Origin: an uncultured Bacteroidales bacterium
GTDB taxonomy: Bacteria; Bacteroidota; Bacteroidia; Bacteroidales; JAAYUG01
DNA length: 60,406 nucleotides
Direction of reading: 5' to 3'
Assembly (NCBI GenBank): GCA_964548125.1
Contig: CAZJQN010000002.1
Span: 1-60,406 of the forward strand
Translations under genes and position numbers: made by a program
Notes under the pieces: generated by a model
What the model was told of the DNA's origin: nothing
Databases searched by the model: none
Seen by the model: only the letters and a program-made list of their open reading frames with translations
Part shown: one piece after another, positions 1-8,308 of the stretch
Layout of the letters: the number at the start of each line of letters is the position of its first letter
How positions within the stretch are numbered: position 1 is the stretch's first letter

Positions 1-100
1 ATCTCCCTTAAGGGTCGTTGAAGACTACGACGTTGATAGGCTGCAGGTGTAAAGTCAGTAATGGCAAAGCCGAGCAGTACTAATCACCCGTAACTTTCTT
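1..100 (+). rRNA. rrl: 23S rRNA, 3'-terminal ~100 nt (partial, runs off the window start)
   Basis: GACGTTGATAGGCTGCAGGTGTAAAG...GAGCAGTACTAATCACCCGTAAC follows the conserved 3'-terminal pattern of bacterial 23S rRNA (compare the E. coli pattern GACGTTGATAGGCCGGGTGTGTAAGC...GTACTAATGAACCGTGAGG, recalled from memory). The 3' end is approximate (+/-10 nt). Confidence 0.85.
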
Positions 101-177
101 CAGTATCAACCTGATAACAAATAAAAACTTCCCATACGTCAATCCTATACGTCCCGTTACAAACGGGATGAAAGACT

Positions 178-290
<113 letters not shown>

Positions 291-294
291 TTTC

Positions 295-341
295 AGAGAG
301 GGTGTTCAAAAATTCAGTTTTTTGACACCCTCTCTTCTTTT
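295..341 (+). terminator. Rho-independent terminator of the rRNA operon
   Basis: Perfect 11-bp stem AGAGAGGGTGT (295-305) / ACACCCTCTCT (325-335). It is extendable inward by A/T pairs (CAAAAA/TTTTTG) with one bulge and is followed by TCTTTTC. Confidence 0.75.
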
Positions 342-486
342 CATAAAATTTCAGCTTGATTACCCTGACCTGCAAAAAACCATTCCTTTGACTACCCCCG
401 GGTTATTAACAATCAATTGTTTATAAAAATAATTAAAAATCAGTAGTTTACAGATAGCTCCCCGGTTAAGATAGCCTACCTTTGTT

Positions 487-2382
487 ATGGTTTTTATGCG
501 GTTTTACATTATATATATTTTGCTCATTTATCCCCTGCTATCAGTTCAATCCCAAACGGGAACAGATACGTCAGGTGTAATAATAGCATTTTCTTTAACC
601 CACGATTTTACCCAGCGCACTCAAACAAAAATTGATACAGCCCTCCCACGTTTTCAAATGTTTAATCCCGCTTTAAGGCGGTATTTCCCTTCCGTATATA
701 CCGGAAACCCGGGAACTCATGTACAAAGCGCCTGGTTCCCTGAACGCACTGAGGTTCACACCATTTCTTTTTTCTCCTCACTGGAACCTTATTTGGAACT
801 TCCTTCATTCGCATGTTACTACAGAACAAGAAAACCATATACCCTTCTTACCTACTACACCGGAGGACCAATGGCTTCTCAGCAGCAGGTGCTTCAGGCA
901 TTACATACACAGAATGTTAATCCTAAATTCAATTTTGCTCTTAAGTATTCTCTTGTTTCTTCCATTGGCCAATATCCTAACCAAAAGGCCAAGGATAATG
1001 CTTTTGCCTTTACAACAAACTATATATCAGACAGATATGAGGTAAAAGGTGTGCTGGCTGTAAATTCTGTGTCGCTTCAGGAAAATGGCGGCATTATTCC
1101 TGATACAGTTCCGGAACAGGGAACGCTTACCTATGCTCCTGTTTTTCTCAATTATGCTACTTCAAAATACCAGCATACAGGGATGATGGTTAATCAGTCT
1201 TTGCATTTCGGGAAATTCCCTTGGACGAAAACGGCTGATTCAACCGTAGAGAAAAAAGATGCCTATTTTTCCACCTTGCATTATACCATTGGTTTTGATG
1301 CATTTACGAGAAATTTTGACGTCTCTTCCCTTACGAAATTGTCCGGTTTTGGTGATACACGAACTGACAGTGCCTATTTCAGGCATTTTTATGATACAAC
1401 AGCATTTACCCATGATCAGGTTTTTTTCCGGAAGTTTTATCACCAGTTGCAGCTTGAACTTCATGACAGTCCGTCAGCCTGGTTCCGGTTTCGCGGCTAT
1501 GCCGGCGTATTTAATGAATTGTTGAATTATCCTGTCAATGACCGCCGGCTGAACAGTTATAACCTCGGAATCAAAGCTTCGATGGTAAGCTCTGCCGGAA
1601 AAATTCTTACATGGGTATTTTCCGGAAAGTACTACCTCGCAGGCTATAATGCCTTTGACTACGAGCTTAAGGCTCAGATGCTTACTTCCGTCAGAAAAGT
1701 GAATCTTCTGGCAGAAGGCGGAAGAAAAGCTGTGACCCCTGATTTCTACTACCGACAGTATTACGGGAACAATGTCCGCTGGGATTTCCCTGCTGCCGGC
1801 AAAAACCTGGACAGGCAAAGCATGACCTGGTTGCAGGCTCGTGTGGAGACACCTTTGATTACACTGATTGGAGATACAAGGTGGATACAGAATTACTTAT
1901 ATTTTACCGATTCCATACCTGCTCAGGATAAAGGAAGTTTTATTGTGAACAGTATGATGGCCAGGGCATGCCTGAACGTATGGAAGTTCCGTACAATAAC
2001 AGAGCTTGCTTTCCAGCAGAGCGGAAGTACCCTCGTGAACATACCTGCCGTTGCAGTAAGAAATACTACGGCATTTGAACAAATCCTGGTTAGGAATGTT
2101 TTAATTGCAAACCTTGGATTTGATGTATACTATTTTACCTCATACTATGCTGATGGTTTTAATCCCGCAACAGGGCAGTTTTTTGTGCAGCGCCTGCATA
2201 AGATCGGGAATTATCCCTTTGCGGATGTGTTCCTTAATTTCAAGCTAAAACGTACCCGCATCATGCTGAAATATGAACACATAACTTCTGGCCTGTTGCC
2301 AAGAACCTACTTTACGGCGTGGCATTATCCAATGCAAGGCGCTGTTTTTACGTACGGCATTTCCTGGTCGTTTTACGATTAA
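487..2382 (+). CDS. Putative outer-membrane beta-barrel protein (Bacteroidota 'putative porin'-like); function unknown
   Basis: 631-aa ORF with an N-terminal signal-like segment (FYIIYILLIYPLLSVQSQ) and no further TM helices. Composition is aromatic/Gly/Asn-rich and beta-strand-like through to the C-terminus (...YGISWSFYD). The family is assigned from memory only. The start could be 487 or 496, because a TACCTTTG box at 477-484 sits almost on the first ATG. Confidence 0.5.
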   Translation: MVFMRFYIIYILLIYPLLSVQSQTGTDTSGVIIAFSLTHDFTQRTQTKIDTALPRFQMFNPALRRYFPSVYTGNPGTHVQSAWFPERTEVHTISFFSSLEPYLELPSFACYYRTRKPYTLLTYYTGGPMASQQQVLQALHTQNVNPKFNFALKYSLVSSIGQYPNQKAKDNAFAFTTNYISDRYEVKGVLAVNSVSLQENGGIIPDTVPEQGTLTYAPVFLNYATSKYQHTGMMVNQSLHFGKFPWTKTADSTVEKKDAYFSTLHYTIGFDAFTRNFDVSSLTKLSGFGDTRTDSAYFRHFYDTTAFTHDQVFFRKFYHQLQLELHDSPSAWFRFRGYAGVFNELLNYPVNDRRLNSYNLGIKASMVSSAGKILTWVFSGKYYLAGYNAFDYELKAQMLTSVRKVNLLAEGGRKAVTPDFYYRQYYGNNVRWDFPAAGKNLDRQSMTWLQARVETPLITLIGDTRWIQNYLYFTDSIPAQDKGSFIVNSMMARACLNVWKFRTITELAFQQSGSTLVNIPAVAVRNTTAFEQILVRNVLIANLGFDVYYFTSYYADGFNPATGQFFVQRLHKIGNYPFADVFLNFKLKRTRIMLKYEHITSGLLPRTYFTAWHYPMQGAVFTYGISWSFYD

Positions 2383-2410
2383 CAGGCAATTGTTAACCTA
2401 ATCAGAATTT

Positions 2411-3838
2411 ATGAAAAGAATAAATTATATTGTTTTTCAATTAATTACCGTATTGGTCTTTTTTCCTTTGCTCACTACCTGTCATAGAACGGAAAAGAAA
2501 CAGGTTGTACATAATTTCGACTATGAGCAGATAAGGAAAAGAGGCAGGCTTATTGCCATTACGGATTTCAATTCAATGAACTATTTTATTTACAAAGGTC
2601 AGCCGTTAGGTTACCAATACGAATTGCTTCAGGAGTTTTCAAACCATATTGGTCTTCCCATTCAGGTTATTGTTCAGAACGATATTCATGAAGCCATTCA
2701 CATGCTCAATACGGGCGATGCAGACCTGATTGCAATGAACCTTACCGTTACTAATGAGCGAATGAAGGTGGTTAATTTTTCTATTCCTATTACCAGCACC
2801 CGCCAGGTTCTTGTACAGAGAAAACCGGGAGTATCAGGTAATTCAGGAATGGTTCAGGCTACCCCTGAATTTGTAAAGACACCAACAGGACTTGCTCACA
2901 AGCTGATTTATGTGCAAAAGGGATCTTCATATGCTGACCGGTTGAGGAATCTCTCTGATGAAACAGGTGCAGGAATCAAAATCAAAGAGGTCTCTTCTAC
3001 ATCCGAAGACCTTGTAGAGCAGGTAGCCAGGGGAGATATAGATTATACTGTGTGTGACGAAAATATAGCCCGCGTTGCAGCCATGTATTATCCTAACCTT
3101 GACTACAGTGTTCCGGTAAGCCTGGAGCAGAATCTCGCATGGGCTGCACGGAAAGATTCTCCGGAGCTTCTCGGTATTCTAAATTCCTGGCTTGGCAGTT
3201 TTACCAGAACTACACGTTTTTCAGTAATTTATCGTAAATATTTTGATAATATCCGTACTTCATCTATTGTGAATAATGAATACTTTGTTTTGCGAACAGG
3301 AAGAATTTCACAATATGATGAGCTTATTCAAAAATATAGCGCTCAGATTGACTGGGACTGGACCCTTGTAGCGTCACTCATTTACCAGGAATCACATTTT
3401 AATCCTAAAGCTCGTTCATGGGCGGGAGCGTATGGTTTAATGCAGCTTATGCCCAGTGTTCTTGATCAGTTTGGAATTGATACGCTTGCTTCACCTGAAA
3501 AAAATATTGAGGCAGGAATAAAGCTGATCGCTTATCTTGATCAGCAATTTGACCCAACTATACCGAAAGATGACAGGATTAAATTTATCCTTGCCGCTTA
3601 CAATATTGGGTTAGGTCATGTTTGGGATGCCCAGCGTCTGGCAGAGAAATATGGACAGGATCCAAAAAAATGGGACAATGTTGAATATTTTCTGATACAG
3701 AAGAAATATCCCCGCTATTACAATGATCCAGTGGTGAAAAATGGCGCCTGCAAAGGAGAACTGGCCGTGCAATATGTTAAAGATGTGCTGCATCTTTACC
3801 ATCATTACAGCAATATTATTGCCAGCCTGGAGAAGTAA
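2411..3838 (+). CDS. mltF: Membrane-bound lytic murein transglycosylase, MltF-like (SBP_bac_3-like domain + SLT domain)
   Basis: N-terminal signal/anchor, a solute-binding-protein-like half (RLIAITDFNSMNYFIYKGQPLGYQYELL), and a C-terminal SLT motif LIYQESHFNP...AYGLMQLMP (catalytic Glu codon near nt 3389). Confidence 0.85.
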   Translation: MKRINYIVFQLITVLVFFPLLTTCHRTEKKQVVHNFDYEQIRKRGRLIAITDFNSMNYFIYKGQPLGYQYELLQEFSNHIGLPIQVIVQNDIHEAIHMLNTGDADLIAMNLTVTNERMKVVNFSIPITSTRQVLVQRKPGVSGNSGMVQATPEFVKTPTGLAHKLIYVQKGSSYADRLRNLSDETGAGIKIKEVSSTSEDLVEQVARGDIDYTVCDENIARVAAMYYPNLDYSVPVSLEQNLAWAARKDSPELLGILNSWLGSFTRTTRFSVIYRKYFDNIRTSSIVNNEYFVLRTGRISQYDELIQKYSAQIDWDWTLVASLIYQESHFNPKARSWAGAYGLMQLMPSVLDQFGIDTLASPEKNIEAGIKLIAYLDQQFDPTIPKDDRIKFILAAYNIGLGHVWDAQRLAEKYGQDPKKWDNVEYFLIQKKYPRYYNDPVVKNGACKGELAVQYVKDVLHLYHHYSNIIASLEK

Positions 3839-3874
3839 GCCGGGAATAAAATACTGGTTTTTCTGGTTAAGGTT

Positions 3875-4486
3875 TTACATTTCAACGGATCTTACAATTT
3901 GCAGGAATTCACTCATTATCATTGCTGTTGCTCCCCATACCTGTTCGCCGCTTAAATCATAATACGGCGCCTCCCATATAGCTTTACCAGAAGATATATT
4001 TCTGAATTTCATATTTCCCGTATCGAGTAGTTGATTTAATCCGACTTCAATAACATAGTTAACTTCAGATAAATCCGGTTTCCAGATTGGAATTTCTTTG
4101 TAATATCCGACAAATGGATGAACAAGGTAATTGCTTGCAGGAATGTGCAGAGGGGTAAGATTTCCGAGAATGCGTATATGACTGGATGAAATACCAAGTT
4201 CCTCTTCTGTTTCTCTGAGCGCAGTTTCCTGTAACGATCTGTCAGATTGCTCCTTCCGACCGCCAGGCAGGCTTATCTGACCACTATGAGGTCCATCGTA
4301 TTCATTCCGTTTGATTAACACTGTATACCATCCTTCACTTTTTTGGAAAAGCAAGACTAACACGGCTGCAAGAACCGGTTTTTTTGGTGCGATTAGAAAC
4401 GGACGGTTCTTTGGTGCCATCAGCATCTGTGCCTGCAAACCGGGCAAATCTTTCACTAATCGTTTTTCCAGGTTGTTCAAGAACAT
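3875..4486 (-). CDS. NUDIX hydrolase, CoA pyrophosphatase-like
   Basis: Nudix box GGRKEQSDRSLQETALRETEEELGI (GX5EX7REUXEEXGU). The 203-aa size and the upstream LLFQK...VLIKR segment are typical of NudL/CoA pyrophosphatase-type members. Confidence 0.8.
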   Translation of the reverse strand: MFLNNLEKRLVKDLPGLQAQMLMAPKNRPFLIAPKKPVLAAVLVLLFQKSEGWYTVLIKRNEYDGPHSGQISLPGGRKEQSDRSLQETALRETEEELGISSSHIRILGNLTPLHIPASNYLVHPFVGYYKEIPIWKPDLSEVNYVIEVGLNQLLDTGNMKFRNISSGKAIWEAPYYDLSGEQVWGATAMIMSEFLQIVRSVEM

Positions 4487-4601
4487 TTATCTTTTTTTTA
4501 AAGATTTTTTATTTTTAAAAAATTTATGAATATAAAACAATACTAAACAGAATTGTAATAGAGCAGACATCATAACAATAATAAACATCAACAATTCATT
4601 T

Positions 4602-5132
4602 ATGAATAACATTTTATTTCAGATCATTGTTTCGTCTGGTTGGAATTTTATTATTAAACGGGTGATTACCTGCGGTATCTTACTATTTAGTTTAAATGGT
4701 ATCATTTTGTCACAGCAAACGATTGCTGCTTCAGGTGGTACAGGCAGTAGCACAGGTGGTTCTGTCAGTTATACCGTGGGACAGGTAGTCTGTAACGTGG
4801 TTCTGGGTTCAGGAGGTTCGTCCTTGCAGGGGGTTCAGGTTCCCTATGAGATTTATGTGCTTTCAAGTACCGAAGAGGGGGATGCGGTACAACTTACGTG
4901 CAAAGTGTTTCCAAATCCTGTAGTAGAGAAACTGTTTTTGCTGATCAATGGCAACAATACGAGCGACATGAAATACCTGTTATATGACATGAATGGACGT
5001 TTATTACGAAAAGAAGATATCAGGCAAAATGAAGTCATTTTACCTTTTAACGCTTACAAAAGCGGGGTTTATGTTCTTCGTATTATGATGAAGGACAGTG
5101 AAATCAAAACATACAAAATAGTTAAACACTAA
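4602..5132 (+). CDS. Small secreted protein with a type A T9SS C-terminal sorting domain
   Basis: The C-terminus KVFPNPVVEKLFLLING...LLYDMNGRLL...GVYVLRIMMKDSEIKTYKIVKH is a typical Por_Secre_tail. The N-terminal hydrophobic segment is followed by a Gly/Ser-rich module IAASGGTGSSTGGSVSYTVGQVV...LQGVQVPYEI. Confidence 0.75.
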   Translation: MNNILFQIIVSSGWNFIIKRVITCGILLFSLNGIILSQQTIAASGGTGSSTGGSVSYTVGQVVCNVVLGSGGSSLQGVQVPYEIYVLSSTEEGDAVQLTCKVFPNPVVEKLFLLINGNNTSDMKYLLYDMNGRLLRKEDIRQNEVILPFNAYKSGVYVLRIMMKDSEIKTYKIVKH

Positions 5133-5152
5133 TCTTATAAATTACAGTTAAT

Positions 5153-5893
5153 ATGGATACAAAGCGACTTTTCATCGTAATTCTTTTTCTTTCAGCTTTT
5201 GTATGTAATGCTCAGATACCAGAAGCTTTTACTTACCAGGCTGTGGTTCGGAATGCGAATAATGAGCTGGTTAGAAATTCTCCTGTAAAGGTTCAGATTA
5301 GCATCGGTTATTATTACCCGATAGGTCTACCTCCAAATCTAATATGGACCTTTAATTCGATTTATACTGAAACACATTAGGTAACAACAAATGATAACGG
5401 ATTGTTTTCCATTGCGGTGGGAAATGGGTCGGTTGTATCAGGAAGGTTTGATACCATACCATGGGATCAGAATGCATTTTCCATTAAAACGGAGATTGAT
5501 CCGGCAAACGGAAATAATTATACTATTTCATCTATCAGCAAAATTTTAAGTGTTCCATATGCCCTCCATTCAAAGAAGGCCCAAAACGGAATCATTGCAT
5601 ATGGTCTTATCGATTCCGATGGCCAGATTCTGGCTGGTTCAGGAAATTATACGGTTTCAAAAGAAACGATGGGGTCTGGTATATATTACATAACATGGAA
5701 TAGTTCTTCGGATGTTGACAATGATAAACTGATAATTTCAATTACCCCATATAACACAACCAATCCTGTTGAGGTAGTGCCATTTACTTGTCATTATACT
5801 AAGCTAAGCGATAAAAAAATTATGGTAATGTGTTTTAAAAAAGAATTACCTGTAAATACAAGGTTTTCTTTCACCGTGGTCAACCCTTACTGA
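5153..5893 (+). pseudogene. Secreted repeat-module protein interrupted by a single in-frame TAG (5378-5380)
   Basis: Track ORFs 5153..5380 and 5402..5893 are in the same frame. Only TAG plus 21 nt (VTTNDNG) separate them, and the second ORF is called from a TTG. The joined translation reads signal peptide-IPEAFTYQAVVRNANNELV...YTETH*VTTNDNGLFSIAVGNGSVVSGRFDTIPWDQNAFSIKTEIDP...LSVPYALHS. I recognise this as one continuous module in Bacteroidota homologues. Confidence 0.6.
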
Positions 5894-6215
5894 GTGGATA
5901 AGGGAATTATTAAACAAACAGCGGCTTACAGGGTATTTATAAATTTTTTTCCTGCAAAACCGCATAAGCTCAAGTTGAGTATTCGCTTGTTTAATGGCTG
6001 ATTTGCGAGATTTGCTTGGTTTTATTAATATGTAGTTTCACTCGGAAATTCCGGATCTAGCAATATAGCTGTCAGTACGTATTCTGTTTTTGAACATTTT
6101 GGTTATCGTCTATTTGATCTGTGAACTGCAGTACTGGTGATTTCCAGCAGGCTTTCAACAAAGAAATTTCCGGCTGTGTTTATAGTCACCGGGTGATAGG
6201 AGTACAAGTATTATT

Positions 6216-6465
6216 GACAGTGAAGGGCAATATGAAATCGTTCTTAATTGGGGTCCATTAAAATACCGGAGATAACGTCAGGGATGTATTCACAGAAAAT
6301 GTGATTATAGATGTTTATGCACTGAATGAAATACAACTCTGACGGATTGACATTGGTAAAAACGTCAGGACCGATGCTCATTATATACCGTTTCTGGTTT
6401 ATGATTTTGATGGCAACGGCAAAGCCGAGATGTTGTGAATGACTGCCAACAGAGCCAATGGCCGA
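6216..6465 (+). pseudogene. Rhamnogalacturonan lyase (PL11/YesW-like) internal fragment, frameshifted and with in-frame TGA codons
   Basis: Frame 0 reads DSEGQYEIVLNWGP. After a +1 shift near 6255-6262 it reads NTGDNVRDVFTENVIIDVYALNEIQL*RIDIGKNVRTDAHYIPFLVYDFDGNGKAEML*MTANRANG. This parallels the PL11 block ...GEYEI.LKWDPSNSKDNS...Y.LDG..LWRI.LG.NIRAGAHYTQFMVYDLDGDGKAE..MKTADG (recalled from memory). The TGA at 6340-6342 sits where Trp is conserved. Confidence 0.45.
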
Positions 6466-6711
6466 AAAGGCCTGATTATAGGATATGATAAATTCGGACT
6501 TGGCTTTCAGTTAACAACTGAACGAGGCCAGACGATTCTTGGTGTTTCAGAAGGATCCTTTTCGTGGGGAGGTTATTTCGGAACAACTTACTGGGCTGAT
6601 CCGAAAGAAAGGATTGTGGGATTGCTTTTTATGCAGCAGGTTCCACTTAGCCATGCCGGAGAAATTCATGGCAAGTTTAAAGCTCTTGTGTATCAGGCGT
6701 TGAGTGATTAA
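6439..6711 (+). pseudogene. C-terminal fragment (~80 aa) of a class-C beta-lactamase-related serine hydrolase
   Basis: YDKFGLGFQL...GSFSWGGYFGTTYWADPKERIVGLLFMQQVP...FKALVYQAL is the typical C-terminal end of the beta-lactamase/transpeptidase-like family. The catalytic SxxK N-terminal 300 aa are absent. The ORF's first ~9 codons still look like the PL11 remnant. Confidence 0.55.
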
Positions 6712-6789
6712 TTAGCTTAATGTCAATCACTTACTATTTTTTGTTTACTGCCTCTCAAACCAAGGGCAGGTAAGAAACTTTTTCATATA

Positions 6790-7953
6790 TCAATATTTTT
6801 TTAACAAATTCAGAAGCCTCATATCCAGCTTATGGCCATACCAATCGGCATATTCAATGTCTGTCCGCCCTGAGTCGAGTATTCCGAAGTCGCCTCTGAA
6901 GTTCCACAGAGCGTAACCGATACCTGCTCCGGTAAGGATGCTAAGCACGTCCTCAAACCATGCAAGAAAAACTTTATGCGGTGTTTTGTTGTAGCATCCA
7001 CATTCACCGCAATGGACACCAATACCCGTGTTTACTGCCTCAATCCATGGTTTATACAGATCTTCAAGGTTTTTCCGGCTGAATTCTTTTCCGTCAATTA
7101 CGCCCGGCCAAACAGGCATGGGGGCCTTTGAAGGGTTTTTCCAAACCCATGAAGCCTGGTAATGCGATACATAGTGAGGATAATAACCACGACAACTCTG
7201 GGCAATATTAAGGTCAAAAAGTTCAGGAGCAACATTGTTTCCGACATTATTGCCGTCGGCAATTATCAGACGATGAGGGCTTGATTTGCGAATAGCATTA
7301 ACAGCCATCTCTGCCACTTTTCTGTATGTTTCACCCGAAAGGGCAATTTTAGGTGCATACTGATCGTTCATGTTTTCGATATATGCTGGCTCGTTCAGCA
7401 GGTCGAAGCTGAGTTTGTCTGATGAAATGTTTTTATATCGTTCCGCCCACATGCTCCAGTGTGCAGTAAATGCCTCCTGTGCTTCCTTTTCTTCCCACAG
7501 GTTGAAAGGCTCACGGAAACCGGCATTTATACAGTAACCTGGTGCGCGGTGCAGATTCAAACTTACATGCAGACCGTATTTGTGGCATAATTCTATCAAC
7601 TTGTCAACCTCTTCAAGAACCGATTCGTCAAAATTGCAAACATCATCTTTTCTGATGTCCTTTGTACGGTCGAACTTAAGGTATCTGGGATAAGCTAATG
7701 GTATTCTTACAAAATCAAAACCCCAGTCGCGTATCCATATCAGATAGTCTTCAGTGGTTCTGTTTGACTGCGGGTTTCGTTGCGGGTTAGCTGAGAAGAA
7801 ATCAAGCATGTTAAATCCTCTCCATCGGGGGAGCTTGTTTATGGCAGGCTGAACGGTTTTTGAGAAGTTAAATGCAGGTAACACCAAAGATCCGGCTGCA
7901 GCCATGGAGGTTCCGGCCAGAAACCTGCGGCGAGAAATTTTGTTGTTCTTCAT
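6790..7953 (-). CDS. Glycoside hydrolase family 5 (endoglucanase-like) with a twin-arginine signal
   Basis: Tat motif MKNNKISRRRFLAGTSMAAAGS. GH5 hallmarks are NLHRAPGY and the acid/base motif FDLLNEP, with GECG near the nucleophile region. The start is set at the internal ATG (7953), because the 55 upstream codons of the track ORF have no protein-like character and contain palindromes. Confidence 0.85.
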   Translation of the reverse strand: MKNNKISRRRFLAGTSMAAAGSLVLPAFNFSKTVQPAINKLPRWRGFNMLDFFSANPQRNPQSNRTTEDYLIWIRDWGFDFVRIPLAYPRYLKFDRTKDIRKDDVCNFDESVLEEVDKLIELCHKYGLHVSLNLHRAPGYCINAGFREPFNLWEEKEAQEAFTAHWSMWAERYKNISSDKLSFDLLNEPAYIENMNDQYAPKIALSGETYRKVAEMAVNAIRKSSPHRLIIADGNNVGNNVAPELFDLNIAQSCRGYYPHYVSHYQASWVWKNPSKAPMPVWPGVIDGKEFSRKNLEDLYKPWIEAVNTGIGVHCGECGCYNKTPHKVFLAWFEDVLSILTGAGIGYALWNFRGDFGILDSGRTDIEYADWYGHKLDMRLLNLLKKY

Positions 7954-8015
7954 TGTAAGTAATGATTTTTTTAATACCAATGTCAATAAAAAATATTTTC
8001 CCCGCGGATTTTGCC

Positions 8016-8063
8016 TTTTTCGCAGAAACAAAATCTGCAGATTTCCAATTAATCTGCGAAAAA
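8016..8063. promoter_or_regulatory. Nested palindromes in the GH5/GH9 divergent control region (candidate operator or RNA hairpin)
   Basis: Perfect 11-bp inverted repeat TTTTTCGCAGA (8016-8026) / TCTGCGAAAAA (8053-8063). It encloses a perfect 14-bp palindrome AAATCTGCAGATTT (8031-8044). The TCTGC/GCAGA half-site occurs four times. Confidence 0.35.
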
Positions 8064-8214
8064 TAAGATATTTATATATATGATTAACTTTCCTGGAAAT
8101 CGATTCATTAACCACCATTACCTGATTAATAACTTAAATTCTTGACCTGTTATCATAAATTTCAATGTGGGTATACTTTGCTTTTTTTGTATAATTTGGG
8201 CAAAAGAAAAGATT

Positions 8215-8226
8215 TGCGTTAACGCA
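8215..8226. promoter_or_regulatory. 12-bp perfect palindrome upstream of the GH9 gene (candidate operator)
   Basis: TGCGTTAACGCA lies 83 nt upstream of the GH9 ATG and downstream of two near-consensus -7 boxes (ATACTTTG at 8173-8180, ATAATTTG at 8192-8199). Confidence 0.3.
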
Positions 8227-8308
8227 TTGGATTTATTAGTGTATTCTTGAAGAATTTTTATGCTACAAATAAAAGCTACGGTTCTTTCTTATAGGTAAAA
8301 AGTGAACT

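Noticed and set aside
5378-5380. Possibility that TAG is recoded (alternative genetic code) in this organism
   Set aside because: TAG is used as an ordinary terminator for other well-supported genes in the window (for example the CHAD gene at 59523-59525 and the unknown secreted protein at 33592-33594). An isolated nonsense mutation, a sequencing error or local readthrough is more likely.
7954-8118. 55-codon N-terminal extension of the GH5 ORF in the track
   Set aside because: The Tat signal begins at the internal Met (7953). The extension is AT-rich, not protein-like, and contains the nested palindromes, so it is treated as 5' regulatory DNA.
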